In this document: one piece after another, positions 62,436-64,000 of the stretch
Layout of the letters: each line of letters begins with the position of its first letter
Numbering within the stretch: position 1 is the stretch's first letter
Source: Stylophora pistillata
Lineage: Eukaryota
Length of the DNA: 64,000 nt
Direction: 5' to 3'
NCBI RefSeq assembly: GCF_002571385.2
Contig: NW_019218014.1
Location: forward strand, 254,863-318,862
Translations under genes and position numbers: made by a program
Notes under the pieces: generated by a model
The model's database searches: none
Told to the model about the DNA's origin: nothing
The model's input: only the letters and a program-made list of their open reading frames with translations

Positions 62436-63111
62436 CCTCTCCTTAAAAGCTATTGACAGAATGAAAAAGATTCTCGACATCGATTCGAATTGCAAATTTA
62501 AAAAGAAACTGATATTACCCTAAGACGAAAGGAAATGGCTGAATAATTTCTTTTAAGTTTGCCTCAGGTTCTTAAGGTTATATTTTGAAAAAGGTGCGTT
62601 CATCTTTTCCACCCTATGGGTATGTTTAATTCTCTTTGGACGTATGTTTAATTCTCTTTTGACGTTCCCCGCCTTACGTTTTTTTTTAATCATAAAGGGC
62701 CAGTATTTCGAGTCTGTTTTCATTTGAACTGAGAAAATTGTGCACATTGCCAAGTGAAATCGACTTTAGATATAGTTAATTTGATGAAGGGACGTGCTTT
62801 CAAAGTTTGGACTCACACCAAAAGTAAATAGGGAAAGTAAATAGGAATAATTAGACACAATAGGGGAGTTAAATCAATAAACACTTTCGTAACAGGCTTT
62901 TATGACATTGAAACTGAGCAGAACTTTCCTTCGGCAGAACCTTTCTTTTGATGCCATTCCCGATTAACTTTTGTAAATAAAGAGGAAACTTATGCCTAAT
63001 GAAACATAAAGAGAAGGAAGTGGGAATCCTTTTTGCATTGAATATAGGTTGTAATTCGATGTTCACAATGAGAAAGAATCGGTTCTGCTAGGCAAAANAG
63101 AAAATACACTG

Positions 63112-63989
63112 CACATTACTTCAAACCTATCGACCTGATCTTTTATTTGACGTGACCTCGATATTTCTGTAACTGAAATGTTCTAGGTATTTAGTGAATG
63201 TAGTGACGATATTATTCCAACATTATAACTATTTACAACCATCACTCTTCTGTCTCAAAAACTCTTGTTTTTTTCGAATTTATATTTTCAAATGTCTTTT
63301 AAACTGTTTCATTCAAATTATTCCTACATAGTTGTCTTACATTATTATCATTGGCGCTTTTATTGTCCTAATCATACTCAGTGGTATTCATAATAAATCG
63401 TCATCCGATGTCATGAATCTTTTGAATACCATTTTGTGTAGTCGTTAAACTTGCAACGCCAACCATTTCGCCCCCCAATATGAACGTGTATTACCCATGC
63501 TAACTCACGCTAATTGTTTAATGTTACTTCACGATGATAATGGCAAAATAGAGAATATCATGCTGGTATAAATTACTCGCTTTGAGTTTGTATGGACTTC
63601 TATACTTAATCCGCTTAAGTTAAGTAACCTCTTAGTCTCTCAAAAGGGTCGGTCCACACGCACTATCTATAAATCGTTTCCTTTTTCTAGTATTTGTTTT
63701 TTCTCTTTTGTATTTAAAGAAATTGTAAGAGAAAATCGGAAAGTGTGATATTCTCGCATAACATTATGATGATATTTCCATTTAAGACCAAAATAAACGT
63801 ATCAGTATCGTTTATTATCGTTTTTGTGGCTGAAAACGGCGAATTTCAGCGTCTTGAGGGCTTAAAGGGTAGACACAAAATGCCAAATCCTTCGTTTTCT
63901 ACTCTTAAACATTTGGATATTCTGAAAGATTCCCGGCGTAATCGAAAGTGAATGTAGATGTTAAAGACGTTTCATGGATTTCCAATAAT
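63112..63989 (+). repeat. About 0.9 kb direct duplication, copy 2
   Basis: Diverged copy of 61486-62435 with several indels. Confidence 0.92.
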
Positions 63990-64000
63990 NCGGCTCTCCT

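Overview
This is AT-rich, intron-containing animal DNA from a gapped draft assembly. The repeat families and gene content suggest a cnidarian, probably a stony coral (inference). Genes reconstructed by hand from splice sites: a 3-exon NodZ/FUT8-type fucosyltransferase (+), four 2-exon FAXC/metaxin-like GST-fold paralogues, an intronless tropomyosin-like coiled-coil ORF, a complete 15-exon TRMT11 (-, 454 aa) and a cytochrome-b5-fused front-end fatty acid desaturase with an intronless CDS. Two FAXC paralogues have an N-terminal membrane anchor and two lack it. Introns and intergenic DNA contain tRNA-derived SINEs, palindromic MITEs, a truncated Penelope-like (GIY-YIG) retroelement, local duplications and satellites. 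The main signal missed by the ORF track is a set of type I hammerhead ribozyme motifs from four distinct sequence families. Five copies have an intact or covariant catalytic core, and all five lie in the sense orientation of a host transcript (four intronic, one 33 nt after a FAXC stop codon). One is a U3-A8 core variant. Two large inverted repeats next to N-gaps are probably partly assembly artefacts. No CRISPR array, rRNA or true tRNA gene was seen.
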